This document shows, piece after piece, positions 12,110-23,300 of a stretch of 64,000 nucleotides of DNA (positions within the stretch are counted from its first letter, which is position 1; every line of letters begins with the position of its first letter). The DNA lies in NCBI GenBank assembly GCA_051294375.1, contig CM119271.1:14886770-14950769 (forward strand), given 5' to 3'. The notes beneath the pieces were generated by a model that worked only from the letters and a program-made list of their open reading frames with translations, searched no databases and was not told where the DNA came from. Position numbers and translations under genes: made by a program. This stretch comes from Paraspadella gotoi (lineage: Eukaryota; Animalia; Chaetognatha).

Positions 12110-12614
12110 CTTTATTTCTTTGATTTTTTTTTCTTTAGTTTTGAAAGATTTTTAAATAATAATCCAAGGCTTCCAAGGTTTTTTTAATTGAAAATTAGGC
12201 ATGTGAATTTGCAGAAGTTGAAAACGGTACGATTCGTTCCGATGATAACTTTTGAAATGACGTCCGGGTGGCGGAGAGAGCGAGAGAGAGAGAGAGCGGG
12301 AGACAGGTTCGTCGACCCATAGCGACCCATGGTCATCGGTCAACCCGTCGTCGTCCGTATTTTCGTCGTGGGGACCGTCTCTCCCTCGGGTAAGGCGGCG
12401 AGCCTTACCCTCGACCCACCGTCTTTCACGGACGTTCGCTCCCGAAACGACGCTCCTTCGACTCTCTCTCTCTCTCTCTCACACACGTTCGCTGTCTCTC
12501 TCTCTGTATTTTCCTCTGGGCCAAACCTTTGCTTTGTTGTTCTCGATCATTCGCTCTTCCCGATTTCACGGAGACGAGACGGAGTTGATCCTCTTCCTTC
12601 AACTTCTCCTCCAC

Positions 12615-12661
<47 letters not shown>

Positions 12662-12911
12662 TTCGGAATTGAAACTTCTACTTCACAGTTAGCTTGAACC
12701 AGAGCTGGATCGAAAAAGATTTATTATTGAATTAATTATTATTAAAAACTGATAATTATTATTATTTTAAATTGTAATTTGTTTTTGTATGAAATATTTA
12801 TTAAATTAAATAATAAATATATTTTAGGTATATGACTATATGTATTTTTTTTTCTAAAGAACTAAGAAGATTAAAACTTGCTGTGCGCCTTGCTAGTTGT
12901 AAAACCAATAA

Positions 12912-12956
<45 letters not shown>

Positions 12957-14758
12957 AGCTGGTACAAACGGCACTGAAGAAATGAAAAGAGAAATGAATA
13001 GGATTTAATGGGTCCCCGGATCTGGGAGAGGGGGAAGGAAAGATGTCACACTCACAGGACGAGATTGCATGTTTCTAAAAATAGGACGGTTTTAAAAGCA
13101 AATATGAACGAAATTCATCACTACTCCTTAGATTTTATGATGGGACGAGTATATTCAATAAAATCATTAAAAGAATAATTAAAGCGAAAATTAATGTAAG
13201 AAAAACTAAGGATCGCATCATTATAATTTAAAGTCACTGAAATGTGAATATTATTTTTTCAAATATAAAAAAAACCTAAAAGAATAAAAAAAGATATTTT
13301 TATAGAAACTCCAAAGCGTAACAGCCGTTTAACTTAATCGCTAAATGAGTAAATTAGTTATAAACCAGATCCGGAATTCTTAGCCTTGTAGCTAACTATT
13401 AATATTTCTAAGATTTTCTTAAACCAACGTCTTATTTTTTCAACGTAACTAAGAGTAAGACTTATAGTAATAGTTATATCCGGCATTTTTAACTCAAATA
13501 ACGGATGGTCGCTCGCTCGCGTTCCGTAAATTGGGAGAGAATTGGACAAATGCCGTTTTTAATTTTGAGGTCAAATCGAAGCTGAGAGTAGGAAAGAATT
13601 GGGGTCTCGAGGTCAGGAATAAGCCTGGCCTTGGAGGAGGCCCGACTCTGTTCCTGGTCGGGCGACAAAGAGGCGCCAAATTGTTGGGGGCCAAAAGGGG
13701 AAAGGGGGGGGGCGATGTCCTCGTCGTCGTCTTTTTTTCTCCAAGATTTTTAATCCTGATGAAAACTGATGGAAACTGGAATGGAAGGGGAAAAGAGATT
13801 TAAAGAAGAAAGACTCTCCACGAAAATAAGCAGATTTAAGTTCGGGTCGAGGAGAATGAATTCTTTATATTTTCCATAGGGTTTCCTTTTTTTTCCCCCT
13901 TTTATCTTTTTTATCTTTATTTTTTTTTTGTCTATCGTATCGTTAGTCTACGTAGGGGATTTGCTTTGTTTTCGTATTCATTTACGATAAATTGTACGAG
14001 AATAAAGAAAAATGATAAATGAAATTGCTAACCTTATATTTTTTCGCTACCCTTAGAAAGTCCAATCTAAAGGCTTATTAATTGATGAATTAATTATAAT
14101 AAAAAGGTTCAACTTATTAATTTTTGGAATGATCATTTGTTCCCTCTTAGTTTCTTTCTTACTCGAAAGGTCGCGTCTCTCGTTTTTTTTTTAACAAGAA
14201 AAAACAAATGAACTTTGAATCGAAGGCAAAACAAACTCGTGCAAGACACTTGCTATCTTGCTATCTGCACATGCAGTATCCGCACATAAGCTTTTGAAAA
14301 ACATCGACACGTTTTCTTTTCACGCGTCCGGTTTTTAAAAAAATATTAATTTAGAATTAACTGAGGATTTTATGGATCTAAAAATTTGGAGAATGTTTCG
14401 TAAGCTAATTTTTAATTAAGTTGTATTTATTCAATGTTCACTAAATCTCCTGTTTTTTAAATAGCTGATTTCTTTCCTCGTTCCAGTTTCTCAGGCATCT
14501 TGATGACGGAACGATCCCCTTAATAAGTAAGAGAGAGTGTGTGTGTGTGACAGAGAGAAAGAGAGAGCAAACAAAAAAAAGGGAAAAAAATCGCTTGACT
14601 GTGGTGACTTTACTTGATGAGATTTTTGAACGGGTAAACGAGATTAAAAGGTCAGGTTTAACTGACCACTAAATGGTTAAGTGGTTGTTGGGTAAACGAG
14701 TTGTAAAGTTGTTGTTGTTTAGACTGCTAAATGACCACCTCTTTTCTCCCTCCCGAGG

Positions 14759-17173
14759 ATGTCCTCGCTCCTCGGTCTCCTTCCGCCGGTCTCCGCCGCC
14801 AACCGGCCCGTCGACGACGCCGCCGCCCCGACGCCGGAATCGTCGGTGGCGCCTTTGGCGTCGGTTCTGATCGAGGCGGCGCTCAAACTTTGCGCCGTCG
14901 GTGATCTCAACGTGCTCGTTGTCGTCGAGGACGCCGGCGATGCCGACGCATCATCCTCCGGCGCCGCCTCTTCCTCTAAGCGACGCCGGTGCTGGGCTGG
15001 ACGACGCCGGCTCCGCGACGCCTTCCTCAACGGAGAACTCAGGGCGGAAGAGAGCGACGTCGAATTGGAAGTCGATCTCTCCATCTCTTCAGTCGTCGTC
15101 GCCAGGTTTTCATTGTTTTCATTTTCTCTTTTGTTTTCATTTGCAACAATCACAACTTGGATTGATATCTTCCTCTCCAGGTCACTTTCCCCCCAGGTCA
15201 CTTTCCCCATAGGTCACTTTCCCCATAGGTCACTTTCCCCTACCTTTTTCCCCACTGATCTGCTAATATCCCTCCTTCCTTTTTTCTGCATTAATCTGAT
15301 TCTTGTTTTTTAAGTTTTGTTCAATTAGTTAGCGACGTTTTTCCATTTAATAAATAAAATAATTTATTTCACATTTTTTACTAATGTTTGTTTTTTTTCC
15401 CCTTGATCTTCCAGACCCTCGTCCTCCTCTTCCTCCGACAAGCGCCTCGCCGATCAACGCCATCTTCTTCCCGGCAAACAACAACAACAACAACAACAAC
15501 TCCTTCCTCAGTCCGTCAGGAAATCCTCTCTTCTTTCGGGAGGGACCACGCCCACCCGTCAGTCGCCGTCGCCCGCTTCCTCCGGCCCGCTCTTCCAACA
15601 ACTCGTCAAACCCTCCACGCCGGGATGCAACTCTTCCTCCTCCTCTTCCTCGTCTTCCTCGGCGCGGAAACGACCGCGCCCATCCGACTCCGGCGTCGTC
15701 GGCGCCGGTTCGAGTCTTCCGCCGACGTCCTCCTCGTCGTCGCAGCCCTCGCCCGCGAAAGAGTCTTGCCTCTCGAACGACGAAGACGCCGCGACGACGC
15801 CGCCTCCCTCGGCGAACAACGCCGCGTCGCCGAAGAACGGAACGTCGAATTCCGGCGTCGACGCCGCTCCGGGCGCCAATCTCCACGCCAAGACGGAGTG
15901 TTCGGCGGAGGAGGCGACGGGCGAATCGAGCGTCAAGGACAAACTGAAGGAGAGCGGAGAAGACATTTTCTTGGGACGTGGAGGAGAGACGACGCGGTCG
16001 TCGTCAGGTCGAGACGACGGAGGCAGCGAAAGAGACGAGTTGGAGGATTTGTTGATCAGGCAACAACAACAACAACAGCACAAGCAGGTGACGTTAGGGT
16101 TTAAAATCGAAACCTAAAACCACTTAAATCTAAAAAATGTAAAAATCTAAAACGACTTACATGTTGATTTACAAAATCTAATTTAAAAAAAAAAAAATTT
16201 AGCTTCCTCACCTATGTTTGATTACCTCTAAAATATTATCCGTAAAAATTCTTGTGGGGAATTGCGCAAATATTATTAACAAGTAATTCATAAAGCGAAT
16301 TTTTTGACGAAGAGGTACTGGTGTACTGGCGGGCCCGAATAGCAAAAAGCAGGTGCAGAACTCTCGACTTGAAATTAACAATAGCCTTTTCGAAATACCT
16401 CATCGACGCAGGGAGTCGCCGCGGCGAACAATGACCACCATCTGGGCGATGGCGGCAGCGGGAGCGGCGGGAGCGGCGGCGCCATGGATCTGAGGACAGA
16501 CTCGCCGTCGAACCTCGGGGATCATGAGGATCAAAAAGTATGGTCATCGGTTTGCCCCCTAACAGTTATTGTTGTTGTTCCAATTTTACTCATTTTGAAT
16601 TTAAATATTTTCAAAATATAAAAGAATTTTGTATTTTATTCTTTGAACCGAAACACTATTGCTAAATTGACAAGAATCGGCAAATTCATCTCCCAGTGAC
16701 TTTTTGTAGAACTATGTCCCGATGATCACGTGACTACGCAATAGAGCTTAGTCAAAGTTGCCAATGAAAATTCGAAAAGTCAGTTATGAACAATCGTCAA
16801 TCTATAAACATTAATTTATAAAAAAAATATATTTTTTTAAATTTTCGCAGTAGGCAATATTCATGTAATTCTAAAATTTCCAGATAAGGTTTTTTCTAAC
16901 TTTGATGGCAGATTTTTTAGTTTTGACCAAAACGACGGTCGTAGCTCGAAGATCTTTCTCCCCCCCCCCCGGCCCGTTTTTCCTTTCGACCGACCTGAGT
17001 TGATCACGTTGGTTTCTGCCCAGACGACGAGGAGACGAGGACGGCGACAACGACGACAATACTTTTCTAAAATCAAGGACCGCAAAAGAAAAACGATTAT
17101 CACTGTGGGGGAGGTTGAATGGATTAAAAAAAAAAAAAAGAGAGAGAGAGGGAAAGATAAGAAAAAAACGGGA

Positions 17174-17224
<51 letters not shown>

Positions 17225-18626
17225 GGCGAAGGGTTTCACCCGTTAGTCCGCATGAGGACAACCAAATAATTTTTTCGAATTGTTTTCGAGATGAAATCGA
17301 AAAAGGGTCAGCTTCTTCGCAGCTGCAAAAAAGTGAACCGTGGCAGGAAAGCCATCGTGGAACGTTTACAAATATGCTTAACAATATTTCAAAATAATTA
17401 ATCGCCGTATCGATAAATATAATTTTGGACATATTTGTAAAACGTGGTTTTAGTGCTTGGCTTGAAATTAAAATGAGATCAACTTTACAATGTAAGGAGA
17501 AGAAGTCAGCCGACGACGACGACTTCACAGTAGTTTGGTGAACGGTATCTTTGATGTTGAACGGTCATCTTGACTGAGGTCAATTTGTGTCGCCAGAAAG
17601 ATTCAATTATTCATCCATGATAGAAATTTATCTCAAGCAATAGTAAGTTTTTTTGTTTTTTTTTATAAATGAAATTAATTTTGAAAACTATAGCTAAGCT
17701 TTCAATGCCATTTAGCTTTATTCAACTTCATTTATTAAAGTTCATTTTACGCTGAACACAATTAGTAATTTATTCGTTTATTTAAATTTTCTCTAATATT
17801 CCCTTAAATCGAAAATTCCGAGTTTTAAATGTGGGCCAATCTCAAGGATTTTTGTTAAAATTTTCCTTTAGCCGACCCAGGTTTTGGCGTTTTTTGAAAA
17901 AAACATTTTATTTTAATTTTTTTAAATTTTTATTACCTAATTAAGTAAAATTATGCCCTTTTTTTATATTTAAATAGTATATATTTTGTTCAACGTATCT
18001 ACTATATTTTTCCCTCCCTCTTCTAGATCTTCCTCTCAGTCGAGGAACGTTTCAAGGATTTGGCTCAACTCATCCCCGCCCTCAGCGGCGTCGGAGATTT
18101 GGGTTCCTTCGGCCTCGACGACGTCGCCAGCGGCGGAAACGGCGTCGGCGGCGGCGGCGGTTCGTCACTCGGATTGTCTTCCTTGAAGGAGGAATCCTCC
18201 CACCACAATCATCGGGGAAACGACTTCGGGTCCTTCGCCTCTGTCAGACCCTCTCTCCATCTATTTGAAGACGTTCTCGGCTCTCAGCCCGTCGGGCCTG
18301 GCGGCGGCGGCGGTAACGAGGCGGTCTTTCACGGGGGAATAGGATCTTCATCTTCGGGCTCTTCTTCCGTGGACCAACCGGTCGGTTCCGGCGGCGGCGG
18401 TCGGGGCAGCGGCGGCGGCGGCGGCGGTCACGCTCTCATGAACAATTTTGGGATCAGGACTGGATTCTCCACATTTCAGCTGCAGGCGTTAAACAATCTC
18501 TATGCCATGACCAAGTACCCGTCGGGAGAGGAGAAGGGTCAGCTGGCCAAGATCGTCGGCCTCACTGAGACTCAGGTCAACAATTGGTTCCTCAACCGGA
18601 GGAGAAGGGACAAACGGCAGGTGTGA
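14759..18626 (+). CDS. Homeobox protein (about 581 aa): SRF/MADS-like N-terminal segment, low-complexity middle, C-terminal SIX-like homeodomain with Leu50
   Basis: Exons 14759-15105, 15415-16087, 16412-16537 (or 16549), 18027-18626 are phase-compatible and open. Homeodomain RTGFSTFQLQAL...KYPSGEEKGQLAKIVGLTETQVNNWFLNRRRRDK. Confidence 0.8.
15179..15252. repeat. Tandem repeat, about 4 x 16 bp (AGGTCACTTTCCCCAT)
   Basis: Directly visible in intron 1 of the homeobox gene. Confidence 0.9.
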
Positions 18627-19423
18627 CCTCGCCCGGCGCCGGAAAAATGAACAGAGAAACAATGACGCCCGAAACAAAGAAAAATTCTAAAATAATAACC
18701 CAGGTCTCTCGCCATAATTACGTGTGTGTGCGCTAGTTTGTGCGTGTAAAAAAATATATATTGTATTATTTTGGATACTACTTTGCATCCGTCGGTCTCG
18801 CAGTGCCGTTTTCAATGAACAAAAAAAAATAGTATTTATTTGGACATTCCCGGTATTTTTGTTTTGTCTCGATAAAGGAAACGGTTTTTTTTTCTATTGC
18901 AAAAAGAAAAGTATTAAATACATAATATGATCTTTGCATGTTGGACGAAATGATTTTGTTCCCGTTTCTCGTGAACAAAAAGGAAAAGTAGATAATTTGT
19001 TTTTCCTCTTCCGGCCTTTAAAACAAATGTGGAAGAGAGAGAAAGAGAAAGAGTCGGTTTACGTTAGGTTTTGAAGCTACTTTTTTGTTTAATAGAATGA
19101 GTTGAGTTGTTCACTTTCTTTCGAATATTGTTTACATACGAAAAGTTACTTAAAAAAACTCGACTGGGATGAACATTTTCGTGTTTGTTACGAAGCTCTA
19201 TTGCCATTGTCTCTTTCTCTTTTTTCCCTCGTATATATTTTCGTTAGTAAACTCGCTGCTTTGTATATTTGCCGTGACATAACCTCATTTTTTCTTGGTT
19301 TTATTGCCTCTTTGCAGGATCGTTTTAAAAATGTGCCAATATTTTGATTCCTTTGGGAATCATAATTTTTTCTTTCTCTCTAACCAGTTAATTTTTGCAC
19401 CAGTTTACGCGAGTAAAAAGTTT

Positions 19424-19456
<33 letters not shown>

Positions 19457-20325
19457 CTACCCGCAACGCAATTACTCGTCTAACTTGGCAGGAAAGTCAG
19501 AAGGGTCCTTTCAATGGTACGCGATATTGAAAGTCGCATTTATAGACGCATTATTATATTAACTTGGTTTTGAGACCCAATCTGGTTTGCCTCCTTTATT
19601 CGGACGAGGAATAAGGAATTTCCCTCTGCCCCCCCCCCGATATACGCCGCAAAACTTTCCCCCCAACTCTCGCTCCTCAAAAAAAAAGTTGAATTTTTGT
19701 GTCCATCCGTTGAACTATTTATGCCTATTGTTTTTCTTCGCGACTTTGTACAATATGAATTTTAATTATGTATACGTTTACATTTCTGGCGGCTAAAGTT
19801 TAAAAGATAAATAATTCGGATCGTCAATCGAATTTGTCATCCGCTTCCTTTTTTTTTTCGCATCGCGTTCGTTTTTTTCTCCTTCCTAATCATATTATTT
19901 CCTTGTGCCATAAAAAAAAGTCAGTTACGGGACTTGGTCGTCGTAATTTCCAGGTATTTCATCTTTTAATTCTTTGCAGAAAAAAAAGTCGACGCCGCTC
20001 CGAGACTGGGATCCAGAGTGAGAGAAAACTGAATGGAATCATTTTTAAACCGAAACTTGAAACTAAGTCAAACTTGGCCCTCGCCATCTGAAGTTGATAA
20101 TAATATTCATTTTATAAATTTCGACTTGGTGTTTTGAATTAAGATATTTTCAATTTTAAATCTGATAAATTATTTGATATATTTTAGATTTTTTTTATCA
20201 TTCGAATTCGGGATTTGAATAAAAGAAGCAGGAAAATATCCCCCCAGCTCAGATCCCTCGAAAGTTCAACAAAAAGAAAACCGAAGAAAAAAAGAAATAC
20301 GAACGCCCCCCCCACCGCTTCGAAG

Positions 20326-23300
20326 ATGGCCGACTGTCGCCTCTTCCAAGAAGACGAGGTCTACCAGACGAACGAGGGTCAACGCGTTTGGGGTCTCATC
20401 CTGGAGAACTCCTCCTACCCCGACAGCAGCGACGACGAGAGGGATTACGATGACGATGATGATGATGATGACGCGAGCGGGAGGCTGAAGCAGGGTCAAG
20501 TCAGGGTAGCCTGGTTCCCGGACGGAAAGGAGGAGGTTGTTGAGGAGGATCATGTCGTGCTCGACGACAGGTTCGGTGGGGGGGGGTCTTTTTTTCATTT
20601 GGCTGGGTGATGCTGACATTAAATAAAATAAAACATAACACACTCGAGTGATCCTGTTATACAATTGAAACATTATTTTAAATATTATGCTACTTGACAG
20701 GGAAGCCAGGTACTCTGGGAGTGAAAGCCTTTAACCACTAAAGCCTGTCCAAATTCAGGGGCAAGATAGCTTATTTCTTAAATGAATGGATAACTTTCAT
20801 ATCGGTTGTACCGATTTCGTCATAATTCCTAAACGCTCAAAAAAAGGTCCTTGATGCCCGGCGACGTGGTCCGTCGCGACCTCCAATCCGGCAACTCGCA
20901 GCGCGGCTACGTGCGAGACGTGCAAGTGCGCGCCGACGTGCAAATCTGCGACACGAACCTCAAACTGTGCAACATCGACGCGAGCGAGATGCAGGCCATG
21001 CAAAAGTTCGAGGTGGATTGCGACGTCGCCCTTGGTTCCTGGCTTGGGCAGGTCAGAGAGGAGAGAGGGGGGGGAGGGGCTGGAGGAGCGGCGCGGAGAT
21101 ATGTTTGTGTCAATGTCGAATGAATGAATAATCAATAAAAGCTTTACATTTAAATCACATAATCGTCGATACATCAACTGCCGAATGTTTGTATAACTAG
21201 AAGAAATAACGAAGAACAAGAGTATTTAATTCGCACCATTTCTTAGTGAAAAATCATAGGCACTTTCTTTTGTGAGCGTGAAGAACACATCAAAAATCTA
21301 ATTCTACTTTGGAAACGCATTCCCTGACCCCACTTGGTACCCAGCCTTGTTCCCCATTGGCCAACGACCCTATTGTTTCATTGGCTAGCGGTGAACGAGT
21401 TGTGGTCATAGAGTTTTAGAGTGGTTCCTTTGTTGAGATCTTGGTCAGGCAGGCTTCTTGGACTCTCCTGCTTCTCCGCTGACTACTCTGCTCCTGAGAA
21501 GCGAGAGATGGATCGGAGAAAAGAGAGGGAGAGAGGTGCAGGCGACGACCGCGTGGTCAGTGTAAGCCTTCATGACAAAATAATAGGGTTTATTCCCGAT
21601 TCCATATTACTATTTGTTTCAGAGAGAGAGATAGATAGATAGATAGATAGTTTGTGGATTGGATGATTTCAACAGGGAAGGCGTTGAGAAAGGCGACGTT
21701 GACAGCGACGACGATTGTTGTTTCGCTGGACGACGACGACGACGACTACTCTTCCCCTTTTTCAGGTGCGGCGAGTGGAGGAAGAATTGACTCTTCGCTT
21801 CACCGACGGCGCCAAAGTCGTAATGAAAGACGAGGACGCTCAAGAGTTGGATCAAGTCAACAGAAGGCGAAGGATTCGCGAGGTCAGTCACAAAACGATT
21901 TATTAACAAATATGGTTAACATGTATATCTTTGAAATAACAAATTAGTGTCGTGAAATGGTCATTAGCCCAATTTTCCCCAACTTCAGGGAACCGAATTC
22001 GACACCGCCCCCTGGTATCGCGGCCAAAAGCTCTCTGGCTCCTTATCTCTCTTCCGCGACGTGGATTGGGTCAAGCGGACCAAGCGTCACAACCCGGACG
22101 CGACGAGGCCGGGGAAGAAGACCGTCAGAGTCATCATCGAGCAGGTGGGGGTGGGGATTAACGGTGTGATGGTAAGATCAGGGAGGTCGGCGATTCAGGG
22201 AAATTGTGTCAATAATGACTGTAAAATGATTGATTGATTGACAATCTTTAGACCTTCAATATTTTGCCAGCCAACTGAAATCTTTCTCTCTATCTCCAGG
22301 TCCGCCTCATTCTCTTGGAGGTCCACTGGGTGTGCCGCGGGTTCACCGCCAGCGACGACCCTCACGCCCGTGTGGAGGCCCCGCCTCGAACCGTCAAAGG
22401 CAACGACCTCAACGACATCAAGAGGATCAGCTGTTTCGAACATTGCTCCATCCAATTGGGAGACCCGAATCTCTACGTCCTCAAAGGTGAGTATCAAAAA
22501 TCTTTAATTCCTTTATGGAATATTGATTCTATATCTATATCTATATCGGTCCGCGCGATCTATCGACTACCGCATTTCGTGGCGAGGCGGACCGATATGA
22601 GAATCTATTCTACTTTGTCACCTCCTCCCATATTATTCTCTGTTACAGAATCGGATCTTCACCAACTGAATTCCTCTCCTCCGTCTCCTTCCACCGTCGA
22701 ACCTCTCGTCAACGGCGCCGCCAACGGACACGCCTCTCCTTCCTCAATCGACGCCTTAAACTCGCAAACCTCCTGTGATAACCACCGAACCGCCTCGAGC
22801 GACGCCGCGGTCCAAGCCGACGCCGCCGCCGGGGACCGGGAAGTCGACGCCGCTGGCGGTGTCGCCCCTTCCGAAAACGACGCCGGAGAACTGAAAACGG
22901 AGACCGGCGTCGCTGCCGGAGACAATGCCGAGACGACGCCGCAGGGGGAAACCAACTTGACTAACGGTTCGACGACATCGGCCAAAGACGACGACGACGA
23001 GGACGATTATGACGATTGCGAAGAGGACGAAGACGCCACCGTCGAAGATGACGACGCCTCCTCCACCGCCTCCGCGGGTTTCGTTCACGCCAAGAGGAAG
23101 AGCGGCGCCGTTTTAGCCAAAGCGCGCCGGTTTAGGATCCGCGGAACCAGCGGCGGCTCCGAGGGCAAGGCCAAGCTGGCCAAAGATGAGAAAGATAAAA
23201 TGGGGAAAGTCGCTCTCGATCTCTCTGTTGGGAAGGAGATCTGTGTTGAGGTTTGTTGTGGAGAAAGGGAAGGGAAGAAAAGGGGAAAGATTGTTCCCTC

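Noticed and set aside
15347-16104. Four overlapping ORFs listed at 15.3-16.1 kb
   Set aside because: The frame that splices in phase is the unlisted third plus frame (exon 2 of the homeobox gene).
12617-17220. Long (CT)n/(GA)n tracts giving SLSL or ERER ORFs
   Set aside because: Microsatellites common throughout the window; the translations are artefacts.
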